From the NCBI GenBank assembly GCA_905234185.1, contig CAJOGC010000002.1, positions 103,949 to 167,948 of the forward strand: DNA of 64,000 bases, in the 5' to 3' direction. The notes below the pieces were generated by a model. The model was not told where the DNA came from and ran no database searches. It saw nothing but the letters and a program-made list of their open reading frames with translations. The position numbers and the translations under genes were made by a program. Below are positions 1 to 10,016 of this stretch, in pieces (within the stretch, counting starts at the first letter, position 1; each line of letters begins with the position of its first letter). This DNA comes from an uncultured Alphaproteobacteria bacterium (GTDB taxonomy: Bacteria > Pseudomonadota > Alphaproteobacteria > Rs-D84).

Positions 1-1212
1 GTCCAGGGTGGCGATACAAATATGATTGTTTCTGGGAAATCTGGCAATCAATACATATTTTATTTGCGGGCCGAACCGACTAATTCGTCCGAAATCACCT
101 ATTCCCAGGTAGAGATTATAATGGACGGCAACGCAACTTTGCCTGGTGCGATTGGTACGACCCCGGCACCATCTGGCGGAATGTCATCTGTATTTAAGAA
201 GTCCAGATCTGCTTCCAACACAGTTGGTGTTGATGGTGAAGATTTTGGTTGGATAAAATCTATGAAAATCGACCCATCCGAATTCCGGTTTGATTTGGAT
301 ATATTTGTTCCGAACCCGGACGATTATGTAATTGCCCCGGAACGCGTGTGGCATGATCGCATATTCACATATATTGACTTTGGGGACAAAGTTATCGCGA
401 TGACCCAACGTCCGGTTGTTTCATTACTGGTCGAAGGTGGCGAATCCCCGGTCGGGTTCCGTACCGACGGCCAAGATGGACGTTTGCTGATTGTCGAGGC
501 GGTTGGTGACATGGTTTTGCGCAGTGGTCAACGCATCGTTTGCATTAAAAAACGTGAAAAACCGTTCCTTATCGCCGACACGAACAGTGTTATGGCCCTG
601 GCCGAGGCTAATGTCGCACAATCTATGATGTCGGGTCAATCATTAAACAATATGGCTTATGGCTATGATATGGCGGCGATAAACAGCGCGGGCATAAATT
701 ATACCGGAACGCCGGTTATGGTTGGCAATACAGCCAACACTGCAACCACTGGCTATTACATGCCGGCCGGCTTTATCGCAGGCCAGGCTTATCCACAACC
801 AACACAAAATGTTGGCACATCATCTGGCGCGGTGACAATGATGCCGACCGAACGCGTGACCGCTGGTTCGTATTTGCCCCAATCCAATATTCCAATTATT
901 TCCAGCAACCAAAGCGGTGTTGCCGTTGAATTGAAGTCCGATACTTCGGTAAAGGCGTTGGACGATTACTGGGTTGGATTATTAGCAAAATTTAGTGGTG
1001 AAAATGGCCAAGGATTATTAACCCCATACAAAGACAAAGTGTTCTTTGCGGTTGATGAACAAGGTGTAGGCGATTTGGGTTCCGGCGCAACAACGGCACG
1101 TCTGTATCGTTTGCGTATCGGGCCAATGGCTGATATTGATGCGGCACAAAAATTGTGCGACCAATTGTTAAAATTCAGTGGCGCCAGTTGCAATGTCGTC
1201 AGAATACAGTAA
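1..1212 (+). CDS. virB9: VirB9/TrbG-like type IV secretion outer-membrane core protein, 5'-partial (reading frame is open to the window edge), with a C-terminal SPOR-like extension
   Basis: The central segment VWHDRIFTYIDFGDKVIAMTQRPVVSLLVEGGESPVGFRTDGQDGRLLIVEAVGDMVLRSGQRIVCIKKR matches the VirB9 C-terminal beta domain pattern from memory. The last ~80 aa (YWVGLLAKFSG...LYRLRIGPMADIDAAQKLCDQLLKFSGASCNVVRI) look like a SPOR peptidoglycan-binding domain. A virB10-like gene follows immediately. Confidence 0.5.
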   Translation, partial: VQGGDTNMIVSGKSGNQYIFYLRAEPTNSSEITYSQVEIIMDGNATLPGAIGTTPAPSGGMSSVFKKSRSASNTVGVDGEDFGWIKSMKIDPSEFRFDLDIFVPNPDDYVIAPERVWHDRIFTYIDFGDKVIAMTQRPVVSLLVEGGESPVGFRTDGQDGRLLIVEAVGDMVLRSGQRIVCIKKREKPFLIADTNSVMALAEANVAQSMMSGQSLNNMAYGYDMAAINSAGINYTGTPVMVGNTANTATTGYYMPAGFIAGQAYPQPTQNVGTSSGAVTMMPTERVTAGSYLPQSNIPIISSNQSGVAVELKSDTSVKALDDYWVGLLAKFSGENGQGLLTPYKDKVFFAVDEQGVGDLGSGATTARLYRLRIGPMADIDAAQKLCDQLLKFSGASCNVVRIQ

Positions 1213-1221
1213 TTATTTTGG

Positions 1222-3621
1222 GTGCGGATTAATATGAGTAAACTTGGCGAACAATTTTCAGAACTGCGCAAATCAACACCAAAATATGTCCAGTGGTTAT
1301 TGCTGGCCGCGGCACTTGTTATCGTTTTAATTTTGTTGACTTTGCTTATGACGGGGCCAAAAAATAAAACGGCCCGGTCTGCCCAAAAATCTATGGACGA
1401 AACGCCTATCGAAGTTCGTATGATTACGATAAATGCCGACAACCAAGAAGTTTCTGTTGATAAAATCGATTGGGCCAATGTGATTGTCGGTGAGAAAAAG
1501 AGTACCACGATAACAATCAAAACAAATGCACCGACACGCGTATCTATGACCCAGAACAAGAATATTGTTGGGTTTTCTGCACAAACCACATGTACGGATG
1601 CGACCGTTATAAATGCAAAACTATCATGCAATATATATCTTAAATTCGAACCGACAACCGCCATGTCTCCGGAAACAGTGACATTGTCTGTTTATTGGCG
1701 CGCTGAAAACGACCCCGAAACAATGAATAACACGAAAAAGATTTCTGTCGTTTTGGGTGCCACCGCACCGGTCGTGCGACCTGAACCACAACCAATTGTC
1801 GAACCAGAACCGCTGTTTTCCGACGATTATGACGAACTTGACGATTATGATGAATATGATGACAATGTCGAACCACACCCAACAATTCGTGCGGAAATAG
1901 AATCAATTGCGCCGGCGTTGCCGTTCAATTCCGATATCGTGGAACCCGCACCCGTTGTGGAACGACCATCTGAATCTTGTTCTGATTTTGCCTTTCCGGG
2001 GTATGGTCCAAATGGAAATCAAATTGGCTGGATAAAACCCGAACGCGGCGGATATTATTTTCATCCTTTCTCGGACAAAGATTGTAAAAATGCAACGGGA
2101 ATCTATAACCCGGCAACCGGTGTTATTACCGATATCAGCGGCAATGGAACACGTATCGGAACCGATGCCGAACATATTGGGTATGCGGCCATAAATGATG
2201 GCGCATTGCCGGCACTAAATCCGGCCCCGCGTAGCGCAAGAACCGCATCTAATACCACGGTTTCTTCGACCAATGTTCCTATTGCTGGCATGGGCAAGGT
2301 TATTGTAAAGAAGGAACCAGATGTTGAATTTGCCTCCAGCGGCACAGACACCGTCACAAATACAGTTGCTTACGATCGCACCTTTATATTGCGTCAATAC
2401 AAACCTATTCCGGCGACAATCGTTTCCGATGTTCGTGCCGACCCATCGTTATACAAGCAGGGAAATACACTGCCTGTACGGGCGACGGTTGATCGCAATG
2501 TATATTCCGATAATGGACGCACTGTTATTATCCCGGCGGGGACAATGTTGTTGGGGTATCTGACCGGCACCATGCCCGGACCATATACGGCTATTGGTCG
2601 GATGGAGGTTAATTGGTATCAATTTGTTTTACCAAATGGTGTTGAGTTTAATTTCAGTGGTGCCAATGATCCGTTTTCTGGCGATGCCCAGGGGCGTGTC
2701 GGCGTTCCTGGTCGTGGCAGCACCGATTATTTGGAACAATTTGTTATGCCAATGTTAACGGCAATTGTGCCGGCGGCGGTGAATATGATTGCCCCGGTTG
2801 CCGACAAATTCGTTAATCAAATTGATTTGGACAATAATACAGTTGTACAAAGCGGAACAGTGCGATCGTCTGAATTGGCAAAGAACGAGATTATCACCGC
2901 ATGGAACCAAGTTGCCCAGAAATTATTGGTTGATATGATGGATAACACCGTGCCACCATTTACAATTCCGGCGGGGACCCGTATCACTGTTTATTCACCG
3001 GCTGATTTACAAGTCACGTGTGGCGCCCCAGGTACCAGTAATAAAAAGTGTGCCGTTGCTAAATACAGCGACGCAAAACGCCAATTGTGGAAAAATAGTG
3101 CCGAACCAGATTACTATGACGGTTCATGGGTGGGCCAGGCGCGTTCGTTCAATCTGGAACAATATTGCACAACAGACACTAATAATTTAAGGCGCGCATT
3201 ACCATACAGCGATGTTGGGGCTGAATTACAAAAACTTGGTTATTCATACAGCACGCTTGTTGCGTATTGCCAGGCAAGTAATTACCAGGCGATAAATAAT
3301 GCGCGTCAGGATGCCATTTATCAAAACCAACAAAACCCAAACAACAAAAACAGTGTTGCAAACGCCACCGCCCAGGGGACCAAAACATATAATGAACAGG
3401 TTCTTGGATTGAAATACAATGACGATGGTTCTATTAAGAATCCGTATCAGTCGGAAAAGAAACCAGAATCACAACAACCGACTAATGTCATCACATGTGA
3501 TGATGGTTTGGCACCGGACCAATACGGGTGTTGCACGGGTGAAATATACACAGATATGGGCGAACAGGGTTTCAATTGCTGTCCCCAATCTGGTGGCGAT
3601 TGTTTCCCGCCGATTTTGTGA
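1222..3621 (+). CDS. virB10: VirB10/TrbI-family (DotG-like) type IV secretion protein, 799 aa, with a ~230-aa Cys-rich C-terminal extension
   Basis: An N-terminal TM helix is followed by a Pro-rich acidic linker (PEPQPIVEPEP, DDYDELDDYDEYDD). The C-terminal barrel region carries VIIPAGTMLLGY...WYQFVLPNGVEFNFSGANDPFSGDAQGRVGVPGRGSTDYLEQF...IPAGTRITV, which is typical of the VirB10/TrbI signature. The tail has about 7 Cys in its last 45 aa. A GTG start lies at 1222 and an alternative ATG at 1234. Confidence 0.6.
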   Translation: MRINMSKLGEQFSELRKSTPKYVQWLLLAAALVIVLILLTLLMTGPKNKTARSAQKSMDETPIEVRMITINADNQEVSVDKIDWANVIVGEKKSTTITIKTNAPTRVSMTQNKNIVGFSAQTTCTDATVINAKLSCNIYLKFEPTTAMSPETVTLSVYWRAENDPETMNNTKKISVVLGATAPVVRPEPQPIVEPEPLFSDDYDELDDYDEYDDNVEPHPTIRAEIESIAPALPFNSDIVEPAPVVERPSESCSDFAFPGYGPNGNQIGWIKPERGGYYFHPFSDKDCKNATGIYNPATGVITDISGNGTRIGTDAEHIGYAAINDGALPALNPAPRSARTASNTTVSSTNVPIAGMGKVIVKKEPDVEFASSGTDTVTNTVAYDRTFILRQYKPIPATIVSDVRADPSLYKQGNTLPVRATVDRNVYSDNGRTVIIPAGTMLLGYLTGTMPGPYTAIGRMEVNWYQFVLPNGVEFNFSGANDPFSGDAQGRVGVPGRGSTDYLEQFVMPMLTAIVPAAVNMIAPVADKFVNQIDLDNNTVVQSGTVRSSELAKNEIITAWNQVAQKLLVDMMDNTVPPFTIPAGTRITVYSPADLQVTCGAPGTSNKKCAVAKYSDAKRQLWKNSAEPDYYDGSWVGQARSFNLEQYCTTDTNNLRRALPYSDVGAELQKLGYSYSTLVAYCQASNYQAINNARQDAIYQNQQNPNNKNSVANATAQGTKTYNEQVLGLKYNDDGSIKNPYQSEKKPESQQPTNVITCDDGLAPDQYGCCTGEIYTDMGEQGFNCCPQSGGDCFPPIL

Positions 3622-3644
3622 TATCACAAAAATTATAGAGACAT

Positions 3645-3671
3645 AAAAACCCACATGCGTGGGTTTTTTTT
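3645..3671 (+). terminator. Rho-independent terminator after the virB10-like gene
   Basis: aaaaacccacatgcgtgggttttttttat: a GC stem followed by a T run. Confidence 0.6.
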
Positions 3672-3923
3672 ATCGGAAAAAGAGGTTGAAAATGAACACA
3701 TCTTGAACCATATATGTGTACAACAATACGTGCGTGCTTTTCATGCGCGCATTTTATTTATCGCAAAACAGCATGTTTTTGCGATTCGTACATCAAAAGA
3801 AAAATTATTAAAACGAATCGAAAAACCGATTCGCACTTCAATCAAAAGTTGTAGTGTTTAATATTATTCTTATTAAGCCCTATAACACAATTGTAACCAT
3901 TTTATAAAACAATGGAGAAATAA

Positions 3924-4268
3924 ATGACACAAACACAAACTGCATACACACCCGAAAAATTCCAGAACGCCGAACAACTATGGTTTTGGTTTCTATATTC
4001 TAAATCTGTTCAGAATGACTATACACGCCGGCGCGAAACCGCCACACGCCGAGTATGTGAATTACTTGATGTAGAAGCACTGATAACAAAACTATATCTG
4101 TGCGGCAAAATAACCGATGAACAATTGGTCGTTATGAAAAAGTTTGGCGATCGCCGGCGTGCCCCACATCAATATATCTGGGCTGAAAATCGTGCCGCCG
4201 CTTTATGGCGATGCGCAATGGAAACAATCGAATCAGCCGCACGCGATCGCGGTTGGATTAATAAATAA
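3924..4268 (+). CDS. hypothetical protein (114 aa)
   Basis: Clean ORF with upstream AGGAG-like ggagaaataaATG. I recognise no family. Confidence 0.4.
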   Translation: MTQTQTAYTPEKFQNAEQLWFWFLYSKSVQNDYTRRRETATRRVCELLDVEALITKLYLCGKITDEQLVVMKKFGDRRRAPHQYIWAENRAAALWRCAMETIESAARDRGWINK

Positions 4269-4287
4269 AACAAGATAGAGGTAAAAA

Positions 4288-4629
4288 ATGATTATCATTG
4301 CATTTTCTGGTAAAACATCGAAATTATTACCACAAATATTCTGCAACCATTTTCGCCATTGTGCACCCATAGTACCCCACGGAAACAAATTGATCATGTA
4401 TCAATTTACCACCAGGAATAATATTGCAACAATCGAATTAAAGAATCGCGATATTGCAATATTGCGCGCACACGGTTGGCAATTTGTCTATATTCCGACC
4501 GATATACAACATGATTTCAATCCCGAGCGCGCATATTCATGTGTCGATTTATCAAAACGCGCCATTGGTATTAATAATCTATTTATACAAACACCATATA
4601 TGCTTTATAAATACATTGCACCACAATAA
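4288..4629 (+). CDS. hypothetical protein (113 aa)
   Basis: ORF tightly following the previous one. I recognise no family. Confidence 0.35.
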   Translation: MIIIAFSGKTSKLLPQIFCNHFRHCAPIVPHGNKLIMYQFTTRNNIATIELKNRDIAILRAHGWQFVYIPTDIQHDFNPERAYSCVDLSKRAIGINNLFIQTPYMLYKYIAPQ

Positions 4630-4654
4630 AAAATGCCCGAACGGGCATTTTTTA
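4628..4654. terminator. bidirectional Rho-independent terminator between convergent genes
   Basis: aaaaaatgcccgaacgggcatttttt. Confidence 0.55.
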
Positions 4655-6217
4655 CTTTTCCATTTTATGTTTAATTATGTACATCTGGGCAATACCAAAC
4701 AGATTTGATACCGTCCAATAAAGTACTAACCCCGCCGGCATCCATGCAAACATAATTGTAAATATAATCGGCATCCAACGCATAGCACGTTGGGTCTGGG
4801 CGGCGACATCGTTTTTATCAGTGGATTTTGTTGCACCAGATTGCAAACGTTGTTGCAACCACATACTTGCCCCCATCAGTATTGGCAATATAAAATATGG
4901 GTCCATTACTGCCAAGTCGGAAATCCAAAGGAAGTGCGCATTACGCATCTGGACCGAAATCAATAATGCTTTATACAACGCAAAGAAAATCGGAATCTGA
5001 ATCAGCATCGGCAAACACCCAGACATAGGCGAAGTTTTATGCGTCTGGTACAGTTTCATTATTTCAATCTGCATACGTTGTTTATCATTCGCATAAAGTT
5101 TCTGTATGCGTTGCATTTCCGGCTGCATTTTCTGCATCGCCGCCATTGATGTGTATGATTTGCGCGTTAATGGCCACAGTGCAAGGCGCAACAAGATTGT
5201 CATTATAATGATCGCAACGCCATAATTCATAACAATCGAATTGATTGTATTTATCAGCCATAACATAGGCATTGCCAAGAACCAGAACCATCCATAATCA
5301 ACTGTTTTATCAATCCCTGGAATCTGGCTCGATGCAACTTTCAACACAGAACTGTCACGGGGACCGGCATACAGCAATGTCTTTATGTTTGCCTTTTCGC
5401 CCGCCACCACATTCACCGCGCGCGCATTAACATCAGATTGATACAAATCACCATATTTCTGGGCACGAATCGTTTGATCGGGCGCATCCACATCAACAAC
5501 CGTTTCCCAGTATTGGTCAACAAACCCCATAAAACCGTTTACCGTTGTATATGCACGCGGTTTCTTGGCCAACACGCGCCAGTCATCATGTTCAACATCA
5601 CCGTTGGCATATACAACCAAGCCGGTATAAACACCCGCGGACGACATTGTATTATTTTCACGTTGAATCCGTGCATATGGAGTAAATGAAAAGTCTTTTT
5701 TTGTATTATTTTTAATCTCGTCATCAATGGTTATAACATAATTATCAATCGCAACGGTTCTGTTGAAAATTACACCGTCCGCATTGCGCCAAGTATATTT
5801 ATCGCCATCGGCTTTCCATACCGTATCGGCGGTTGGCGCAGTTGTTCCAACACCAACGACACCTATTTCGGCATATGCATTTTCACCAGACAATAATTTG
5901 ACCGTTTCATTGCTATTGGAATTGGCCTTGAAATCACGCAAATCAATGTCCGATATACGCAATCCTTGGACATTGGCAGTCATTTTATCAGATGATATTT
6001 CATACGATGGAACATTTGATACATCAACGACCGCAACGGGTGCATCATCAACTGTGACCGTTTTAGTTTGCTTGCCAAACATCACACCAATTGCCCACCA
6101 AGCGGCCATAAACACAATGAACCACCACAAAAAACCACCAATACCACCACGTTTTTTAGTTTGATTCGCGTTCCACGCGGCAAACCCTGAATTATTATTG
6201 TCCAGATATTTAACCAT
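4652..6217 (-). CDS. yidC: membrane protein insertase YidC
   Basis: 521 aa. An N-terminal TM is followed by a large periplasmic domain and a C-terminal 5-TM region with characteristic YidC motifs (PMLWL..., GCLPMLIQIPIFFALY). Confidence 0.85.
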   Translation of the reverse strand: MVKYLDNNNSGFAAWNANQTKKRGGIGGFLWWFIVFMAAWWAIGVMFGKQTKTVTVDDAPVAVVDVSNVPSYEISSDKMTANVQGLRISDIDLRDFKANSNSNETVKLLSGENAYAEIGVVGVGTTAPTADTVWKADGDKYTWRNADGVIFNRTVAIDNYVITIDDEIKNNTKKDFSFTPYARIQRENNTMSSAGVYTGLVVYANGDVEHDDWRVLAKKPRAYTTVNGFMGFVDQYWETVVDVDAPDQTIRAQKYGDLYQSDVNARAVNVVAGEKANIKTLLYAGPRDSSVLKVASSQIPGIDKTVDYGWFWFLAMPMLWLINTINSIVMNYGVAIIIMTILLRLALWPLTRKSYTSMAAMQKMQPEMQRIQKLYANDKQRMQIEIMKLYQTHKTSPMSGCLPMLIQIPIFFALYKALLISVQMRNAHFLWISDLAVMDPYFILPILMGASMWLQQRLQSGATKSTDKNDVAAQTQRAMRWMPIIFTIMFAWMPAGLVLYWTVSNLFGIAQMYIIKHKMEK

Positions 6218-6225
6218 TTTTCATC

Positions 6226-6756
6226 CTATTGTTTATTTGCGCGCATACAACGACGACGCGCCAAAATCCAATTCAAAATATATAAACCAACACCGACACA
6301 AATAAATATGTCCGCAACATTAAATGCCGGCCAATGTGCCCCACCAATATGAAAGTCCAAAAAATCCACCACGGCGCCAAAACGCATACGGTCAATTAAA
6401 TTGCCCAATGCCCCACCAACAATGAACGCCAACGGCAATCGTTCATAACTTTGCGCACGATAAAACAAGTAATATGAAATTGCCCCGATTACAAATGCGG
6501 TCAAAACAATTATGATAATCGGCGCGGCTTCGCCCAATGCACGAAACAATGAAAACGAAGTTCCAGGATTCCAAGTAAACACAACATTAAAGAAATCTGT
6601 CACATGCGACATTAAATATGGTACCGGAATTAATTGCCACGCAGGTGCAAACATCGGAACACGACCCGTAATAAGGTTTATCAATACACCCTTGGTTAAC
6701 TGATCCAGCAATATGATTGCTAAAATAATCAACAGATATCTGAAAATCTTTTTCAT
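6226..6756 (-). CDS. lspA: lipoprotein signal peptidase II
   Basis: Carries [11 protein letters not shown] and [38 protein letters not shown] motifs. The start is adjusted to the internal ATG (MKKIFRYLL); the track ORF extends to 6813. Confidence 0.8.
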   Translation of the reverse strand: MKKIFRYLLIILAIILLDQLTKGVLINLITGRVPMFAPAWQLIPVPYLMSHVTDFFNVVFTWNPGTSFSLFRALGEAAPIIIIVLTAFVIGAISYYLFYRAQSYERLPLAFIVGGALGNLIDRMRFGAVVDFLDFHIGGAHWPAFNVADIFICVGVGLYILNWILARRRCMRANKQ

Positions 6757-6843
6757 TTGCGCCCTTTTCAATTCGATGATTTTCAATATAGCAATCTGGG
6801 CAATTAAAATCAAATAAAATGTCCCATCATCTGGGACATTTTA

Positions 6844-8562
6844 TTATTCAGATAATTTTACGGAATCATCCAAACATGCATAATCATTTTCACGTAATTC
6901 ATTTAACACACTGTGTATTTTTGTATCGGGCATTCCCATATGACGCAACGCCCGACAACCCAATACAGCGGCTGTTTCAATCGTTTCTGGTAATGCATTA
7001 CATGCACCGTACTTACGCAAAGTCTTGCAATCAGCCAGATTACGCGCACGTGCAAATATTTTGACACGCGGCGCAATAGATTTGACAGTCAACAATGCAT
7101 CTTTGGCGGTTTCCGCATTATCCAGCGCGACAATCACCGCCGCTGTTTTACGCGGATGCAAACCAAAATTGCGCAACACATCGGCATTTTTACAATTACC
7201 GAATACAACATTATAACCCTTTTCACGGCCACGCACGATTGCGTTTACATCCATATCAATCGCAACATATGGGACACAGTTTTGTTCCATTAATTTAGAA
7301 ACAATCTGACCGACACGTCCAAATCCCAATACAATAACTTTTGGTGCGATTTCCAAACCAGATCTGTCCAGACTACGTGGACGATATGCGGCAAAAATCC
7401 ACCCACGGCGGCGCAGGAAATCGTACATCGCCAACAACATTGGCGTTGTCATAATAGACAGTATTATGGTTGCCGTTAAAACTTCGGAACTGGTTGCCGG
7501 GATTGCGTTTATTCCCGCAGTTTTCATCGTCTGCAACATCAACAACCCAAATTCGCCCCCCTGGGACAGCATCAACGCCATAAACACCGCGTCCGGCACC
7601 AACATGCCACGCACGCGCGACACCATGAACAGCGCCATGAATTTTATAAATACCAAACCGCCCAAACCAACCAAGATATATTTCCATTTCATTAACAACA
7701 ACGGCACATTTAAGCCCATGCCAAGCGCGATAAAGAAAAATGCCAGGAATAACATCGAATACGGACTTATTTCCGCACTGATTTGATGGCGATAAATTGT
7801 TTCCGACATTAACATACCGGCCAAGAACGCGCCCAGGCCAACCGGCAACCCCATCATATCTAAAACCGTCGCCCAAATAACGATATTCAGCATAACGGTT
7901 AACAATAATGCTTCGCGACTTTTCAATTTCACAACACGTTTTAACAGCGGATTCAATATAAACCGACCAACAATTACAACCGATATAATCAACAGCAACG
8001 ATAACACCGCAACATCGATTGCCGTCGCACCAAAATTAAATGATTTGCCTGCAAACACCGGCAACATGGCTAAAATAGGAATCGACAATAAATCTTGGAA
8101 CAATAAAATAGAAAACGATTGATTTCCGACATTAGTATTTAATTCGTTTCTGTCTGACAATAATTGTAAATCTTCGGATGTACTGGACATCGCCAAAATC
8201 AGCGCAACCATAATACACCCCAACACCGACCAACGCGTAATACCAAACAATATCGGAAATAACATTACCGCAACGGTCAATACCTGGGACGCACCAAGCC
8301 CAAATATCGTTTTGCGCATAGACCACAGGCGGCTCATATTAATTTCCAAACCAATATTGAACCACAAAAACAAAATGCCCATATCACCCAGTAATTGCCA
8401 GGTTTGATTCATTTCAAAAAGGTTTAATCCAAACGGCCCCGACAAAATACCCGCTGCTAAAAACGCAACCAATGCCCCAATACGTGCGGCGCGCAGGAAG
8501 CATACCAACACAAACAAAATCCCAAAAAATATTAAAAACGATAATGGCATATCTCTCTCCAA
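6844..8562 (-). CDS. Kef-type (CPA2) K+/H+ antiporter with C-terminal TrkA-N (NAD-binding) domain
   Basis: Polytopic N-terminal transporter region plus a C-terminal VIVLGFGRVGQIVSKLM Rossmann motif. Confidence 0.75.
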   Translation of the reverse strand: MERDMPLSFLIFFGILFVLVCFLRAARIGALVAFLAAGILSGPFGLNLFEMNQTWQLLGDMGILFLWFNIGLEINMSRLWSMRKTIFGLGASQVLTVAVMLFPILFGITRWSVLGCIMVALILAMSSTSEDLQLLSDRNELNTNVGNQSFSILLFQDLLSIPILAMLPVFAGKSFNFGATAIDVAVLSLLLIISVVIVGRFILNPLLKRVVKLKSREALLLTVMLNIVIWATVLDMMGLPVGLGAFLAGMLMSETIYRHQISAEISPYSMLFLAFFFIALGMGLNVPLLLMKWKYILVGLGGLVFIKFMALFMVSRVRGMLVPDAVFMALMLSQGGEFGLLMLQTMKTAGINAIPATSSEVLTATIILSIMTTPMLLAMYDFLRRRGWIFAAYRPRSLDRSGLEIAPKVIVLGFGRVGQIVSKLMEQNCVPYVAIDMDVNAIVRGREKGYNVVFGNCKNADVLRNFGLHPRKTAAVIVALDNAETAKDALLTVKSIAPRVKIFARARNLADCKTLRKYGACNALPETIETAAVLGCRALRHMGMPDTKIHSVLNELRENDYACLDDSVKLSE

Positions 8563-8573
8563 TTATTGATTAA

Positions 8574-9416
8574 TTATACCACACTCTTGGCAATTTTTAC
8601 AAATGTTTCAGGTGTTAATTCCTGGGCTCGTTCGGTTCCCGACAACCCAAATTGCTTCCAATCCATACCCGGCATAATTCCGCGTATCATTTTGCGACGC
8701 TGGCCGAAAAGTTTTGCGGTTATATTTTCTATTTTTGATAAATCGCCAATCTGTTTCATCTTTTCCGCATTCGGAATAATTTGCACAACCGCACTTTCAA
8801 CCTTTGGTCGCGGGACAAAAGCGGTCGACGGCACACCAAACAATATTTTTGCATCCGCAATTAACGATGTTAACACCGACAAGCGACCATATTGCGCGTC
8901 ACCAGGCTTTGCAACAATGCGTTGTGCAACCTCGCGCTGGAACATTAGTGTCATAGAATTTATGATTTCTGATTTATGATTTCTGATTTGTTCATAGGAT
9001 AAGTGCAACCAATTTAATAATAATTCCGTCCCCACATTATATGGCAGGTTCGCGCAAATCGCATATTCCGTCACCCCCAGCGCACCAAAATCTACTTTCA
9101 GCGCATCATCATAAATTACTTCCAAGCGACCATTGGACGCATCAATAACCCGCGACAAAATTGGTGCGGTTGTTTTATCTTTTTCAATCGCAATAACACG
9201 TGGTGCACCCGCCAACAGCAATGCGCGGGTTAACCCCGCGGGGCCTGGTCCAACCTCTATCACTGGAATCTTTTTAATATTCGGCACGCTGCGTGCAATC
9301 CGTCCAGTCAGATTTAAATCAAACAAGAAATTCTGTCCGAATTGCTTTTTCGGTTCCAAACCACATTCGCGCATCATTTCGGATACGGGTGGCAAAGATT
9401 CTATTTTCATCGTCAT
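8574..9416 (-). CDS. rsmA: 16S rRNA (adenine1518/1519-N6)-dimethyltransferase RsmA/KsgA
   Basis: FGQNFLFDLNLTGRIA and VIEVGPGPAGLTRALL SAM-binding motifs. Confidence 0.85.
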   Translation of the reverse strand: MTMKIESLPPVSEMMRECGLEPKKQFGQNFLFDLNLTGRIARSVPNIKKIPVIEVGPGPAGLTRALLLAGAPRVIAIEKDKTTAPILSRVIDASNGRLEVIYDDALKVDFGALGVTEYAICANLPYNVGTELLLNWLHLSYEQIRNHKSEIINSMTLMFQREVAQRIVAKPGDAQYGRLSVLTSLIADAKILFGVPSTAFVPRPKVESAVVQIIPNAEKMKQIGDLSKIENITAKLFGQRRKMIRGIMPGMDWKQFGLSGTERAQELTPETFVKIAKSVV

Positions 9417-10006
9417 AATGGCCGCCGCCCCCCAAATGCCAATGATAACGTTCCGTCATCGATATAGTCTAAATCACCGCCCAACGGCACACCGGATGCC
9501 AATTCGGAAAACCGAACACCACCACCAATCACCGACATAATATAGTGCTGGGTCGTTTTACCCTCTACCGTATTTGGTAATGCAAAAATAATTTCCGTAA
9601 TATTTTCTTTTTTTATACGGTCGGACAAATTTGCAATATTCAAATCGTCCGGCATTGTCCCCGCCGTTCCGGAAATCAGCCCGCCAATAATATGGTACCG
9701 CCCATGAAACACAGATGATTTTTCCAGTGTCCAAACATCGCCCATATCGCGCACGACACACAGCCCGCCATTGGCACGCGACGTGTCACGACAAAATTCA
9801 CACACACCCACACTTTTATCGGTTAAACAGCCACATATATTGCACGGAACAACATTTTCGGTCGCGTCCAGAATAGCCGCCGCCAGGTTTTCCGCCCGCC
9901 CATCACGCGTCTGTAACAATGACAACACAATTCGCACAGCCGCGCGATTTCCCACGCGCGGCAACTTTGCAAATTGTTTGATTAATTTTTCTATTTTTTG
10001 GTTCAT
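9413..10006 (-). CDS. recR: recombination protein RecR
   Basis: C4 zinc finger (CNICGCLTDKSVGVCEFC) and Toprim region (GLCVVRDMGDVWTLE). Overlaps rsmA by 4 nt. Confidence 0.85.
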   Translation of the reverse strand: MNQKIEKLIKQFAKLPRVGNRAAVRIVLSLLQTRDGRAENLAAAILDATENVVPCNICGCLTDKSVGVCEFCRDTSRANGGLCVVRDMGDVWTLEKSSVFHGRYHIIGGLISGTAGTMPDDLNIANLSDRIKKENITEIIFALPNTVEGKTTQHYIMSVIGGGVRFSELASGVPLGGDLDYIDDGTLSLAFGGRRPL

Positions 10007-10016
10007 ACGCTATCCA

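Noticed and set aside
1222-3621. Dot/Icm (type IVB) assignment of the first two genes as icmK-icmE
   Set aside because: The gene order VirB9-like then VirB10-like also matches Legionella icmK-icmE. However, no icmG/icmC/icmD follow and no pentapeptide-repeat region typical of DotG is evident. I kept the generic VirB9/VirB10 call.
3655-3861. 68-aa plus-strand ORF immediately after virB10
   Set aside because: It starts inside the terminator hairpin, has no SD, and has a low-complexity, AT-rich translation.
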